This document shows positions 40,851-53,760 of a stretch of DNA of 64,000 bases, piece after piece. The stretch lies in the NCBI GenBank assembly GCA_051362555.1, contig CM120644.1:20296534-20360533 (forward strand). Reading direction: 5' to 3'. How positions within the stretch are numbered: the first letter of the stretch is position 1; every line of letters starts with the position of its first letter. This DNA is from Lingula anatina. Its lineage: Eukaryota; Animalia; Brachiopoda. A model generated the notes under the pieces. That model saw nothing but the letters and a program-made list of their open reading frames with translations, did no database searches and was not told the DNA's origin. The position numbers and the translations under genes were made by a program.

Positions 40851-42542
40851 GTTTGTTTGTTGTTGTTGTTTTCTTATCTAGCTTGTTTCATAAAAGTAAA
40901 AAAAATAATAAATTAGTGGTTTTGCTTTTTTGATTTTGACCTACTATGCCATCTACTGTCGGGTAAGGTTTTCGCCAGTCACGATGAACAGCAAACATGA
41001 AGTTAATATCCACTTTCAAAAAAAAAAAAACGCTATCTTAAAGGTATACAGTACCGGTTGAAAATTCTCCAATAGTCATTTTTTTCTTTGTCTACATATC
41101 CTGCAAAGCTACTCATCTTTCCCAATTCTGGCCTTTAAAACCATAAAACCTCTCAAATTAAAGTTCCTGACGTCGATGGTTACTTTTGGAATGTACAGGG
41201 ATATATGGCGCCCTAAACAGAACAAAAATTGCAGAACAATTGCATTAAAATGGAATAAAAGATCATTTCTAGCTGCACTGCACTGTCGAGCGATGTTTCA
41301 TAAGTAGGAGAAATTTGTTTTGTCTTCGAGGAAAATTCATTTTGGCGGGTAAGTCCCGTACCTTTAATGAGCAATGGGACCTAGTGGGAGAAGTGGTTGG
41401 ACGTGGTAGCTGTTCTGTAAAGCCGCCTGCTAGTACAGTTCCAAGGGACTGTGAACAATGTGGACTTTGACGTGCTCCTTTTGTTGTCCTGAAGTTTGAT
41501 ACCAGATCGTGCTGTTCGTGTTGTCGTGGACACTTATCGGCAAGGGTTTCGACTCCTATTCCCCTCCCCCTTTGCCCTCTTCCCTCTTTTAGTGTCGCCA
41601 TCTGCGCGGGCTGTTGTTTTTTTCATGTGACAAATCAGAAGCCAGACGAGTTAAGTAATAAGTAATAATAATAAGTAATAAGTTTATTGAGCACTAAATG
41701 ATGTGAATACATTTGCAGGCTCTCTAGACTACAATATTTACACAATATATATATGGATATACAATTATATATGTTTACATATGTAGTATGTTAAATCATA
41801 CATGTGTTAATGCAAATTATGCTATAATATTAATTAATTAAGCTATTCACAGCATTATTGACAATAAGTGGCTGTGATATACTAGATTTCAGGTGAACTA
41901 TGTATTTTAACAGCAGTCTTTACAAATTCTGCTATTACTTTGAGACTTTTATGACAGGGTGGATTAAGGAGAATTGACAATATCTGATCACTGTCATCTA
42001 GACCCACTACACTGATTTTCAGTAGTTCATCAAGGCGAGTCAGCGAGGGCGAGTCAGCCCAATATATGTTGTTGCTGTTTAGTTGTCGTTATAACATTGT
42101 TTATAAACCATTTAGAATCTCCTATAGAAATACTGGGTAATGAAAGTTTGTATGAGTATTTGAACTTTATCTGATATTTATGATTATATATCTACTGTAT
42201 TTCTTTGTTCGCTAAAGTAAGTTTCTCGTATTATTATTGTTATTGTTACATTCATTATTATAATTTTTTTAGTTCTGCTGAGTCAGTTGTTTAACGGGTA
42301 TAACTTACAGTTTGGTTAGTGTATGAGAAGAAGTTGACATGAAATGTTTATTAACAGAGCATTATTACAAACGATGCATGCTTTGCATTTCAGCTAGCTT
42401 TTGAGACACTCTGTATTGGTTTACTAGCTTGTATTTGTCCATTAGCAAAAGTGGTTAAGTTTCCGTTTAAAAAACGCCGGTAGCAGTAACTGTTATCCTC
42501 TGGTCCTGAATTCACAAATAAAACATTGACAAGAAAATAAAA

Positions 42543-42653
42543 AGGTGGCCGTGTTTGAGGTGAGAGTGTCTCCAGGGTAAGGTGGCCGTGTTTGAGGTGA
42601 GAGTGTCTCCAGGGTAAGGTGGCCGTGTTTGAGGTGAGAGTGTCTCCAGGGTA
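42543..42653. repeat. 37-bp minisatellite, 3 copies
   Basis: Unit AGGTGGCCGTGTTTGAGGTGAGAGTGTCTCCAGGGTA; contains GAG|GTGAGA and GG|GTAAGG donor-like sites. Confidence 0.95.
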
Positions 42654-44386
42654 AAGATAACAAATACTGCACGTCATTGTCGTTTTATTGAGAACAAAAA
42701 GGTACGAGCAAGTTACGTTGTAAAAAATAAATGAATCACATCGGTTTCTTTTAGGGTTATTTTATCTTTTTATTTTTGCTATTGTATGCAGGGAGGGTAG
42801 GAACTGTGACAACAGGCACGTATTGTGACTGGTGTTGTTGTTTAGCCGGAGGTTATTCATTTATACTGCAATGAAGTTTTCGCGTTGTTATTAGCACGGG
42901 CCAGAAACATCTGGAAAAACAAGGTCTATACTTCTTAACTTCACAAAACAGTAGAATAGGGGGTATATTAAATGCGAGAATCAGACGTGAAAGAAACAAA
43001 AGATACTGTAGAATGAATCTATCCTTCGCATTGACTCCGCCTCCGACACACGTGTAGACATCGCAGTCCAGGTAAAATTCCTGTTAAAACCTGCATCTAC
43101 CATAACTACCATAACAGTCATCAATACATAGACCGGTGTCCTACGCCTGCAGTAGAGAGTCCTCCATGAGTCCGTACGACGGTCTGGTTTCTAAAATAAC
43201 TGGACCCTGATAGTAGTGTACGTGATACATGGAAATTGGGTGTACTGTAATGATATCAGACCCTGCATCTCACGACACACAGTGTCCTCCAATCATATAG
43301 TACAACTGTATAATAAACCAAGGACGAGAACTGAATTCACGTCCTTGACTAATCTTTATCTGAAAGCTAGCGTCCTACTGTCCAATATTCGATATACATT
43401 GAAATCATTGTGTACGCGGTACTGTGTCGGTGGTCGGCACAGCGTCCTTCTGGGACCAGTTTCATCCACACTGGTTAACACTGTCCTTTGGTTTACACTA
43501 TCATTGGATGGAAGTGTTATACTCTTGGCAGTTATCTGGTGGGTAAAGTGATGTTTTCTAAACGCTAGATACTTATTTTTGTTTCGGATATTATGGTTGA
43601 CAACAGCTGCTATCCCAAGGATATTTGTATAAGGCTAACAATTTTGTCCATTGTATAGTGGCATCCACAGGATACATCTTGCTTCTCCGTACCTTACTGA
43701 ATATATTTTATCTTTTAGGAATCCATGTGTGTACTAGTGTAAGGGAATTCATCAATGCTAAGTTGTACAAAATGTCTTTCATTTAAAAAAGATGGAATAC
43801 ACTGTATTTTATTCTTACTATATATGGAGGTGCATTGATGTCGTGTTGTTTAAATTTTTTTAAACAATATACGTTTGTTTTAAGCTGCATACTTCAGGTC
43901 TAAATGGAATCAACCCAAAGGAAAATGTTCGTTGTTCCTCAGTGCATAAAATCGCATGCTGATCACGAAATTCTCGGTATTAAAACACGGGGTCCTAGGA
44001 CTGTCCGTACCGACATTAGAGTGTCCAGTGGGGGACCCTACATTTAAGAACTCTGAGTGTGGGGCCCGGTATTTCGAGACAAGAAACTAGACGGGCCTTG
44101 GAATGGCAAGCTCCGTGTTGCTGACACGGGCGTGTACTCAGATAATAGCAACCTAAAATAAAGCCTGTTTCGAATTCGCTGCTCGAAGAACGAACATCTC
44201 TCGGTGGAGGCCGCAACTGAAGGCTGTAACTGAACACATATTTCTTTACATAACACAGTGTAACGGTATTCTTGACATTACATATTGTGAGATACTCATT
44301 TCACGAGGTTCTAACTGTTACTTTTGTTTGTTTGTACTTAATTTAGATCAGTCATTTACTTCTATCGAATTGCATTTGACATTATA

Positions 44387-44621
44387 GGGGAGACCCGGGC
44401 TAGTTGGACCCCGGGGTAAGTTGCCCCCCCCCCCCCCCCCCCCCATCAAGTCTCTTTAATAAAGTTACTTTAAGATGCTAAATTATTTCATTTGGACTCA
44501 CTGCCGACGCTTTCTTAGCACTATTGGATACGGTCACTTTACAAAATGATGTGATCAATTCTTTTACCCCGTAGTTACTTTGTCATAAATTGATGGGGGG
44601 CCAACTTACCCCGGTCTCCCC
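44387..44621. mobile_element. TA-target MITE (Tc1/mariner/pogo-like)
   Basis: TA-GGGGAGACC…GGGGTAAGTTG / CAACTTACCCCGGTCTCCCC-TA. Confidence 0.8.
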
Positions 44622-45154
44622 TACTGCCAAATCCACATACTGTTTTTATGCATTAGATAAATTTTAATTCATTTAAACTTGACACATAGTTTAAATCCAC
44701 CCCCACAGGATAGTACAAAAGGGAAAGGCTAAAAACCACTTCTAGAGAAAATAAGTGGTAGGCCTATTGTTTGTATTCGTGTTCACTTGACATGCAATGC
44801 ATGTATATACTGTGATTAGAGCTAGGGCGCAGCTTCTTGTTCAAACGGTGTTTGTTTCAAATAAACAGGCTTGTTATTATCATTATCTTACATACAGTAA
44901 CAAGCCCTCTACACATCATACTAATAAAGCACCCAGTTTTAATAGTTCCTGTGTTTGTCAAGTTACATATATATTTACTTAATCAGGAGGTATGTTAACG
45001 CTACCATAACTATTAATCCCTGCTTTGTCAGAATATTTATTTCACAAACAACCAAACAGAACTCCACCGTTGCTTGTCATTACATAAGTCAATTGACCAC
45101 GTTGTGCGGTCAGCTGGGAAGTGACCACACCACAGCTATAGGTAGAACGAAGTT

Positions 45155-45485
45155 TATGTCTGAGAAAAGACATTTCTAGGTTTAGAGGAACATCCAATTT
45201 ATATATCTAAGTAAAGACATTATAACTCTAGGTATAGAGGAACATCCAATTTATATATCTAAGAAAAGACATTATAACTCTAGGTATAGAGGAACATCAC
45301 ATTTATTTATCTAAGAAAAGACATTATTACTCTAGGTATATAGGAACATCCAATTCATATATCTAAGAAAAGACATTATAACTCTAGGTATAGAGGAACA
45401 TCCAATTTATTTATCTAAGAAAAGACATTATAAGTCTGGGTATATAGAGGAACATCGAATTTATATATCCAAGAAAGGCATTATT
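45155..45485. repeat. 52-bp minisatellite, ~6 copies
   Basis: Unit TCTAGGTATAGAGGAACATCCAATTTATATATCTAAGAAAAGACATTATAAC; GGAACATC recurs at 45187, 45239, 45291. Confidence 0.95.
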
Positions 45486-47106
45486 AAGTGCATTTATACC
45501 CCTACAATAGCTCTCTCTTACATATTTTACATTCAGTAGACCTCGTATTTAGCAAAATTCAAATATGTCAGAGACAACGCAATGCGGGAATTAATCGTTT
45601 CATTTTTTCTGATCCTGGATAAAAGATGGCCCTCCAGTAGACTATGAAGTCGAATATTGCTCATTATTTATTTCGGCGGATGCTGGGAGATACACCTCTT
45701 AGGTATCCTCTACCAGGGCGACAGATTGATTTCTCACAAGATTCACAGATATGTCTTTAGATGAATAGACAGTCATTTGGTTCTCTGTTGAAATGCAAAT
45801 GTGAAAAATGTGCCTATAATGTCTCTCCCCCCCTCTCCCCCCGGTAGAGGTTACCTCGTGGGCCACCCAGGCACATATTGCAAGGTGTGGCTTTGACTGG
45901 ACGTGGACGCAGTACAGGCTATAGTCCGTAACGAGAAAGTGTGCGCTGTCACGGCAGCACTGAGCGAGAAAATAGGTCCCCATTTTGGACAATGGTATAT
46001 TTGGAAGATAACAGTTGATCAGTTTCAGATCAAGAAAGTGTTGACGATAAGCTATAAACTTCAATCCAATATATCTCAGACCGCCTGACACCATCAGACC
46101 AATATGGTGCTTTGTGTCTAGGGCGGGCCTTGGGACACCGAAATGTTGAGCTGGATTTCTGGAATTTTAAAATAATGGCATCACCAGATCATATTAGACT
46201 TATAAGACTTATAAGTTAAAACTCAGGTTTATTTATTATCTTGGTGTGAACGTTACTGTATCAGGAACAGAAGCACGCCAGAACCCTGGCCAGTCGTGAT
46301 AAGTCATCTGCATGACTTAAGATTTTTTTCTTGTCCGGTAGTTCATTAAAGAGGTCAATAAATTAAAATCACAGCAGTGAGGAGATTTTAATCCGTGCGA
46401 GAGATGAATTTAGGCCCTGTTAGTTGTTATTCACCCAAATCCTGACTCCAGGTCTGTCTGACACATTTACAGGTAAAGTTTACGTCGGCAGGATATCAGT
46501 GTTCCCGTGTTTTTGTTCGTTGGTTTAACTTAATTAAGTAGTTATATTTTAAGTCGCACGTTTTACTGGCATTTTACCATTTGTTGTGATCACTTATTGT
46601 ACTCAGGTGTGAAATGTCAACTGTAAGTCAATATTTACATGGAACAAAGACGTTTTCATTACTTCATAAGACCTATCACAACTGTATTGCTGGCGTGGTA
46701 AATGTTATAAGCCCTCAAAGACTAATAAAATGGCAAAATCTAATATTCTTATTGAATGCAGAAATTGAGGAAAGTCTCATTGTCTTGACTCGTCTGTGAA
46801 TGTGACGGAGTTTGATTATGTGCTCTTTCCTCCAGCGAGAGATAATAGAGAATGGTATCAAGGATAAGCCAGAGACATATCTGTGATTATCTAGTAAAAA
46901 AACTGGGACCCTGGTAGAAGGTAGTGGGTTACGGGGCGGACGCGTCCAGTTAATATGGGAGAGGATTGATCTCCACAAACGTACTTGATATGTTAACAAA
47001 CTAATAACATTTCTGTTGAGATCCCTCTTTGTGTCAGCCATTCACAACAAGCGGTCAGGTATCAAAGACAAGCGTGAAACGGGGATTAATGGGTTTCTGT
47101 TGCTAA

Positions 47107-47396
47107 GGCTTCGTTCACATGTAATGTCTATTTTCTAAAAATCTATTTTCTATTCGCGCTATCTTATGATCACAGTCTGTGCCCTGAATATCCCGCCGCG
47201 TAATTACTGGCAGCGCGAGCCAGTTACTTATAGTAACTTATAGCTAAGATCCGTTTATTAGATCTTAGCTTATAGTAACTGGCTCGCGCTGCCAGTAATT
47301 ACGCCGCGGGATATTCAGGGCACAGACCGTGATCATAAGACATACCGCGAATAGAAAATAGAATTTAGAAAATAGACATTGCATGTGAATGAAGCC
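47107..47396. mobile_element. Near-perfect 290-bp palindromic (fold-back) MITE with TAA TSD, PIF/Harbinger-like
   Basis: GGCTTCGTTCACATG…CATGTGAATGAAGCC; arms pair almost throughout, with AGCTAAGATC-CGTTTATTA-GATCTTAGCT at the centre. Confidence 0.9.
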
Positions 47397-48888
47397 TAAA
47401 TCTACACTTTTTGACGTCCGCGAATTCTCAAAACGTTATTGTACCTTTTCTTTTGAACACCTCACGTCTGGTAAAATGGCGGAGTACTTATTAGATTAGA
47501 TCACGTAAATGAACATGAGAATTAATAAACACAAGCAATAACAATGGGGGGGGGGGGGGGGGTGCACCTATGACTGCAGAAGGGCTGATCGCTTATATAT
47601 ACTTCTTTAAATGTTTTAAACAGATATATTGAGAAGCTTTTCCATTGCACATCAGTTCTAGTGACAGTTTTTACGCTAGTCCGATGTAAGAAGGTAACCA
47701 AAGCTTTGAAATGTGAACCATTATATAAACATAGATAATTATGCAAAAATAACATTTTTAAAACAGTATATTACAAATACCTGATGGATATCTCAAATTA
47801 TTACTCAACACAGATTTCCCGTCCTCACTTATTCTCAATATACCGGTAGAGGTCCATTTGAAGAAAACAGATAAGTGGAAAACGATGTTAAATATATAGT
47901 CACAAATTCTACTTTTTTCTAAATTTTTGGTGACAGAAAATGAAAAACCTGGCTTTTTGTGTAAATCACTGAACATTTTAAAAGTCATGACCTGCTAGTA
48001 TGGGATTCAGTAACGAAGGTTTCAGCCAATTTTGGTAACAAAAGTTTTAAAAATAAAAATCCTTTTCGATAATATTCGCACGTAATCAATACTAACAGCA
48101 ATTAGACTGCGCTGAAGGGTATTATGAGATTTTACTGACACATTTTGTCCTCAACCTCAAGTATATTTTTTTACAATGTCTGGTAGCGAAAGTTTTGCAT
48201 ATCACTTTCTATGAGAATACAATTTTGTCGTGTTTCCTGTAAAACATTTGACTGCGTCCTGTCACCACATTATCTTGCTAATAATGTATGAAACTGAATT
48301 GAGGATTTTATTGGTGGCTAAAATATTACAAAAAAACATCAAACGACCAAAAGACGTAACGAACTTTTTTCAATTTTTAAAAATCCGGCGACACCATGAA
48401 AGAAGCGGATATCTATTAATTGGGTTGTTTAAAATAAGCATTCAAGACATTACCTGAGACGTTAGACATCATACTAGCTTCCTGCCAAGTTGCAGATTTT
48501 GTACTTAAGTAAAAATGAACTAGATCGATTGGAGAATGTGAGATAGTGCTGCGAGCGACAGTAACGAAGGTTTAAGATTTAGCCCGTTTATGTTTTTGTG
48601 AGAACGCATAAATCTATAGTAATTATTATCTTTATTTTTTAAGATGCTAGACTGATGTTAGTTTAATTCCACTTGGACAAAACATTATTCCGCTTGCTTA
48701 CTTTTAATTAAATTTTAAAAATGTTAGATGGACCTATATATTGAGCTACATGCATATCTTATCACGCCAACATGATAAATATGACTTTACGAATCAAACT
48801 CAAAGAGCGAGTCAAGATCGCACGCAGTTCAAACGACCGAACGAGAGCGGCTGAGCTAACTTGAATACATACACGACTGCCTGCACTT

Positions 48889-49165
48889 GGAGGAGGAGGA
48901 GGTGTAGTCAATGGTCCTGAGCGGGCGGGGGGGGGGGGGGAGGAGGTGTAGTCAATGGTCCTGAGCGGGCGGGGGGGGGGGGGGGGAGGAGGAGGAGTAG
49001 TCAATGGTCCTGAGCGGGCGGGGGGGGGGGAGGAGGAGGTGTAGTCAATGGTCCTGAGCGGGCGGGGGGGGGGAGGAGGAGGTGTAGTCAGTGGTCCTGA
49101 GCGGGCGGGGGGGGGGAGGAGGAGGTGTAGTCAATGGTCCTGAGCGGGTGGGGGGGGAGGAGGTG
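48889..49165. repeat. ~43-bp G-rich minisatellite, 6 copies with variable G tracts
   Basis: Unit (GGA)nGGTGTAGTCAATGGTCCTGAGCGGGC(G)n. Confidence 0.95.
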
Positions 49166-49922
49166 GCACAGACAAGTGCAATTTTGTCAAGTTCATCTTT
49201 GTTTAAATAAATGATGGAAGTTTAGCCATTAAAAGTGATTTTGCGGACGAAAAATTACTTGTTAGCTGTTTTGAGAATGTTTCTCCTCTACCTCGACAAC
49301 CACGTGTATAACGCCTTTCAACCTCCAGTCAGTCACTGTAAAAGAAAAACAAGAACACGGATAACCGGGCAGAACGATGGAAGAAATGCAGAGCGATCCA
49401 TGTGTTACATCAAAAATGAAATAACACCACTGTGATCGCTTTACTTTGGCCGTTGTAGAACATCTTGACATATATTGATACGTTTTAAATGAACGCTGTG
49501 GAGGTCTGGCTGGTTCTCAGTTTACCAGTAGCCTCTGATCGACTACTAGAACCTCACTTACCCTTACACTGACTTAGTCAAAGAAGGGGGGTCATCAAAA
49601 ACACGACCATTGATATAATATTTCTATGTGGGTTTGTATTTATCACCCCATTTATCACGCTGCGACAACTTAATAAAGCCGTGGTTCTTGTATTTTAATC
49701 AGCTTCTAGCACAAACAGGCCAGGACATATTTTATTCAGTAGTGTTAAAAACAACATAATTATGTGTGTTTATCATAGCAATTGAATAAAGAGATGAAAA
49801 ATGTTCAAAAAATGTTATTATCGCCTTTTGCCTAAAACACACAGTATAACATCAGCGCAGCCCTGGTGAGGGGATTATTGCAGTTGGTGAGACTGAAGCA
49901 GGGTCCACTTTCATACTCTCTG

Positions 49923-49974
<52 letters not shown>

Positions 49975-51113
49975 GTGTATATGTACATCTATCAAAATAA
50001 CCTGAAACCTTGTATCAAATCAGACCTCTATACGTGAGTAGACCTTGGAACATGAAGACCTGAGCATGAAACAGGCACCAATAAAATGAAGCACTATAGT
50101 GTGCTGCCTTAAGTCAGAGACACTTGATTTTAGAGGCAAGGTTTGCTAGGGAGGAGGGATATCGAACATGAGGAAATTTTAACATCCTTTTTAAAGGGAT
50201 TTTGCGTGCGAAGCAAGCGTTTTATAAAGGACAAAGGTAAAATTATTAACTCTAATTGATGCATTTCTGACTTCCCTTTCCCTTAAAATAATTTCTTAAA
50301 AATGGAAAGTCATGATATGGGTAAAGAAATGAGACCTTACCCTACCGACAAGAATCGGCGTCGATCATCGATCAAAATGCAACCACAGCTGTAAAAACCA
50401 CTAGCGAACGAACAGTGTAAAGCTTGTAAATCTCTAGAGAAATGCTAGGCAAGATAATTCCACCCAGTTGTAGTTTGACATAAAACTTAACACGACACAA
50501 ACCCAGAACATTTCATACACACGTGACGGCTACCTACCATTTAGTTCAGTAAACAGTGCCATGGTTACAGTTGTCTCACCGGCAAATTCCGCTGGAAATG
50601 ACAAATTATCCCTTTAAAACTGCTCTTGTTGGAACATTGTTATCATGCAAACCGTGGTGTAGCTTTGCTCTGTTCACATCGACTCACAATAGATCTTGGG
50701 TCCTGTTTTGAATCTTAGCACAGTCTATCACGTTTTGATAACCCTTATTATATGAGATATACAGAATTTAAAACGAGACTGATAATAGGAGAACGCTGAA
50801 ATATGTATGCGGTACCTGCTGAAGCAACCCAATACATGCGTAGATACTGGAGTGACTGCGTTCAATATGAATCAAGGTTGATTAAGGAGCTTCCAGGAGG
50901 CTTTCCAGGTAATACAACGTGATGTCGCATAGGACATATATGGTTAATACGCTAATCTGGATTTTATGAAGGGAAACATCTGCCGTGCATAGTTGCTAAT
51001 TATGTGCGTTTAAGAGGCATTTCATTGATGCAGATGGACTAGATGAGCATGACATGGTACAGAGGTCACGCTGCTAGAGTGCTGTAGATTTACATTATAA
51101 GACAGACATTAAG

Positions 51114-51325
51114 AGTGCATTCCCATAGATTTAGATCGATCCATCTAGATCGACCTAACTCGCTGGTTTTTCACGCTAAATTGGTGTCAGCCGAGCGTGC
51201 ACGGTAGTTAATTACCCCCTTACAGCTTTTAGTAGGCGGGACAGACATTTAAGCCGGCTAAGCTGACAGTAATCTAGTGAGACTCCCCACAGGGATAGAT
51301 CGATCTAAAATCTGTGGGAATAAGT
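51114..51325. mobile_element. GATCGATC-family MITE copy
   Basis: TTCCCATAGATTTAGATCGATC … GATCGATCTAAAATCTGTGGGAA; body close to the copies at 52480 and 52838. Confidence 0.85.
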
Positions 51326-51799
51326 TTCTAGTCGTCTTCCCCACTTCCTTCGAAAACACATAATGGCTATAAAGAAGATTTGCTGACCAAAGAGATTGGT
51401 CTTGTCAAAAATATGAATATGATCCCACAGATACATCCATATTCAGTATCAAAGTTTAACTGCCATCTTGGCACGTATTGAAAACAAATACGATCATTAA
51501 ATACATATCCAATTTGATAAAAATATGTGAACAACATGGAATAGTTACATTTACAGTACACCTAGATAAACACTCTGTATACGTACCGGTACACCTGGGT
51601 TGTGAAATCAACTAAAAACTGAAATACAAAAATCATCAATTCTGAGGTGATCGTTTATAAAAAAAAACTGTCCCTCAAACGAGAACATTTTTCATTTTGA
51701 CATCAATACTACAAATAAGATGTCACCCCAAGCTAAAAGATCAGCAATATGAAACTCGGACATACACATATATATATATATATATATATGTCATATATA

Positions 51800-52430
51800 C
51801 AGCATTGGTCAAAAAGGTTGTCCCACCCCCATTTCCATGTACTTTTAATTACAAATGATCACCTCACAGCTGTATATTGTTAGAAATAGTGTTTTTTATT
51901 ACAGATACCGTGTCTAACATGATTAATGGTTTAAAAAAATACAAAATAGAGGTAAAAATATACATATTTTATACCATTTAGTCAAATTTATAAGAGGTAC
52001 CCTCTCAAATCCACTGTTTCACTGTTACCCGTGTTGAAGGCTTGTCGCGCCGTCTACAGGAGATAATTGCAGTACGCGGTAGACGCACACGCTGTTAGGC
52101 ACGTGATCTTTAACGAGCACACCCTAATGCTAATTGTCTGTGAATTTGGGGACATTTGATGGCGTCTTTTCAATTTTATAGACATTTCTTTTCATCTGTA
52201 GAAGTCACAGTGAAACAGTGGATTTGAGGGGGTACCTCTTATAAATTTGACTAAATGGTATAAAATATGTATATTTTTACCTCTATTTTGTATTTTTAAA
52301 CCATTAATCATGTTAGACACGGTATCTGTAATAAAAAGCACTATTTCTAACAATATACAGCTGTGAGGTGATCATTTGTAATTAAAAGTACATGGAAATG
52401 GGGGTGGGACAACCTTTTTGACCAATGCTG
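51800..52430. mobile_element. TA-target fold-back element with ~225-bp near-perfect TIRs (Tc1/mariner-like)
   Basis: TA-CAGCATTGGTCAAAAAGGTTG… at 51800-52025 is the reverse complement of 52207-52430 …CAACCTTTTTGACCAATGCTG-TA, with only a few differences. Confidence 0.92.
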
Positions 52431-52479
52431 TATATATATGTCTACGTGGGCCTGTGTGTGTGTTTATGCTCGTGTTTAT

Positions 52480-52705
52480 GGGTGCTTTCCCAGAGATTTA
52501 GATCGATCTAAAGATTAAGATTTAGATCGACCTAACTCCCTGGGGGTTCACGCTAAATTGCAGTCAGCCGAGCGGGCACCATAGTTAATTAGCCCCTTAC
52601 AGCTTTTAGTAGGCGGGACAGACGCTTAAGCCGGCCAAGCTGACAGTAATCTAGTGAGACTCCCCACAGGGATAGATCGATCTAAAATCTATGGAAATGG
52701 GGTGT
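52480..52705. mobile_element. GATCGATC-family MITE copy
   Basis: Same body as the 51114 copy (TAGATCGACCTAACTCCC…TAGGCGGGACAGAC…GAGACTCCCCACAGGGATAGATCGATC). Confidence 0.85.
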
Positions 52706-52837
52706 TAGTGTGTATTTGTGTTACTGTGTTTGTGTCTTTTAAACCTTGCAAATGAATCATACGAGGTTTTAATCACCGTTTAAAGGAAGTAGTCCCTAAA
52801 AATTATCCTAAAATATCAACAAAGTTGTTTTCATAAA

Positions 52838-53053
52838 CACCCCATTTCCATAGATTAGATCGACCTACTTTAGATCGACCTAACTCCCTGGGGGTTCACG
52901 CTAAATAGCTGTCAGCCGGGCGGACACGAAAGTTAATTTCCCCCGTACAGCTTGAAGTAGGCGGGACGGACATTTAAGTCGGATTATCTGAAAGTAATCT
53001 AGTGAGACTCCCCGCGGGGATAGATCGATCTAAAATCTATGGGAATAGAGCCT
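52838..53053. mobile_element. GATCGATC-family MITE copy
   Basis: Same body as the neighbouring copies; TIRs TTCCATAGATT / AATCTATGGGAA. Confidence 0.85.
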
Positions 53054-53691
53054 AAGATAATAAAAATTAGAATGTAGGCCTTCCTTCTGGATGAAGTTGA
53101 CAACAGCGAAATTGTATGGTTTCTACAAAACCAAACACATAGCTAAAAGTATGCTGTGAGCATGATTGTAAAGTTGTGTTTATGATCTAAAAAGAGAAAA
53201 GTAACACTCTTATAGTGTTTGTGTCATTAAAACCGTGAAGGATGTTAGATCTATATAAACAATAGTTAACACACACGTAGATAAGGCATCAGTAATTCTA
53301 TTGAACAAGCCTTATAGGACCCTTACCAGTACTTGAAAGCCTGTGTCAAATGTTTTGGAAGTTTGTAGACATAATTAGTTTGTATCGGGTATTGGGGAGT
53401 CAAGAAGAGGAAAAAAGATCGGAGTGCTAAGGCATTGCGTACTGGTAGGCCAACATGTTAGTGCGAAGTTGACTCCGTCATTTTCTCCATCATTAATGAC
53501 GTTTGATGGAGAAAATTAGGGACTGTTTATGTGGTAATACTCTCAGGGTATAAACTGATACCAGAAGACCTGTTGATAGTAAAAATGTATTTTGATAATG
53601 GATTTTTTCAATGTTGAACACGCTTAAAATTATTTCTATTCTTTTTCATATTTAATATCTTTTTTAATATTTTTTTCATATCTTTTGCCAG

Positions 53692-53760
53692 ATTTGTGTC
53701 AGATGTGAATCTCAATCCTCGACCAAAATACATCATGTAGCTGAAGAAAACGTCTTCCGG
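53692..53760 (+). other. Putative isolated 69-nt internal exon (open in phase 0: ICVRCESQSSTKIHHVAEENVFR)
   Basis: Long U-rich tract plus TTTTGCCAG acceptor, and consensus donor CGG|GTGAGT; its 3' end is the first unit of the 40-bp array. Confidence 0.45.

Noticed and set aside
43050-43800. Possible LTR-retrotransposon integrase tail (…GPRRTLCRPPTQY… on the minus strand)
   Set aside because: Resemblance too weak; no LTRs or catalytic motifs visible.
50650-50730. tRNA gene
   Set aside because: Only a degenerate A/B-box-like pattern that cannot fold into a cloverleaf; at most an old SINE head.
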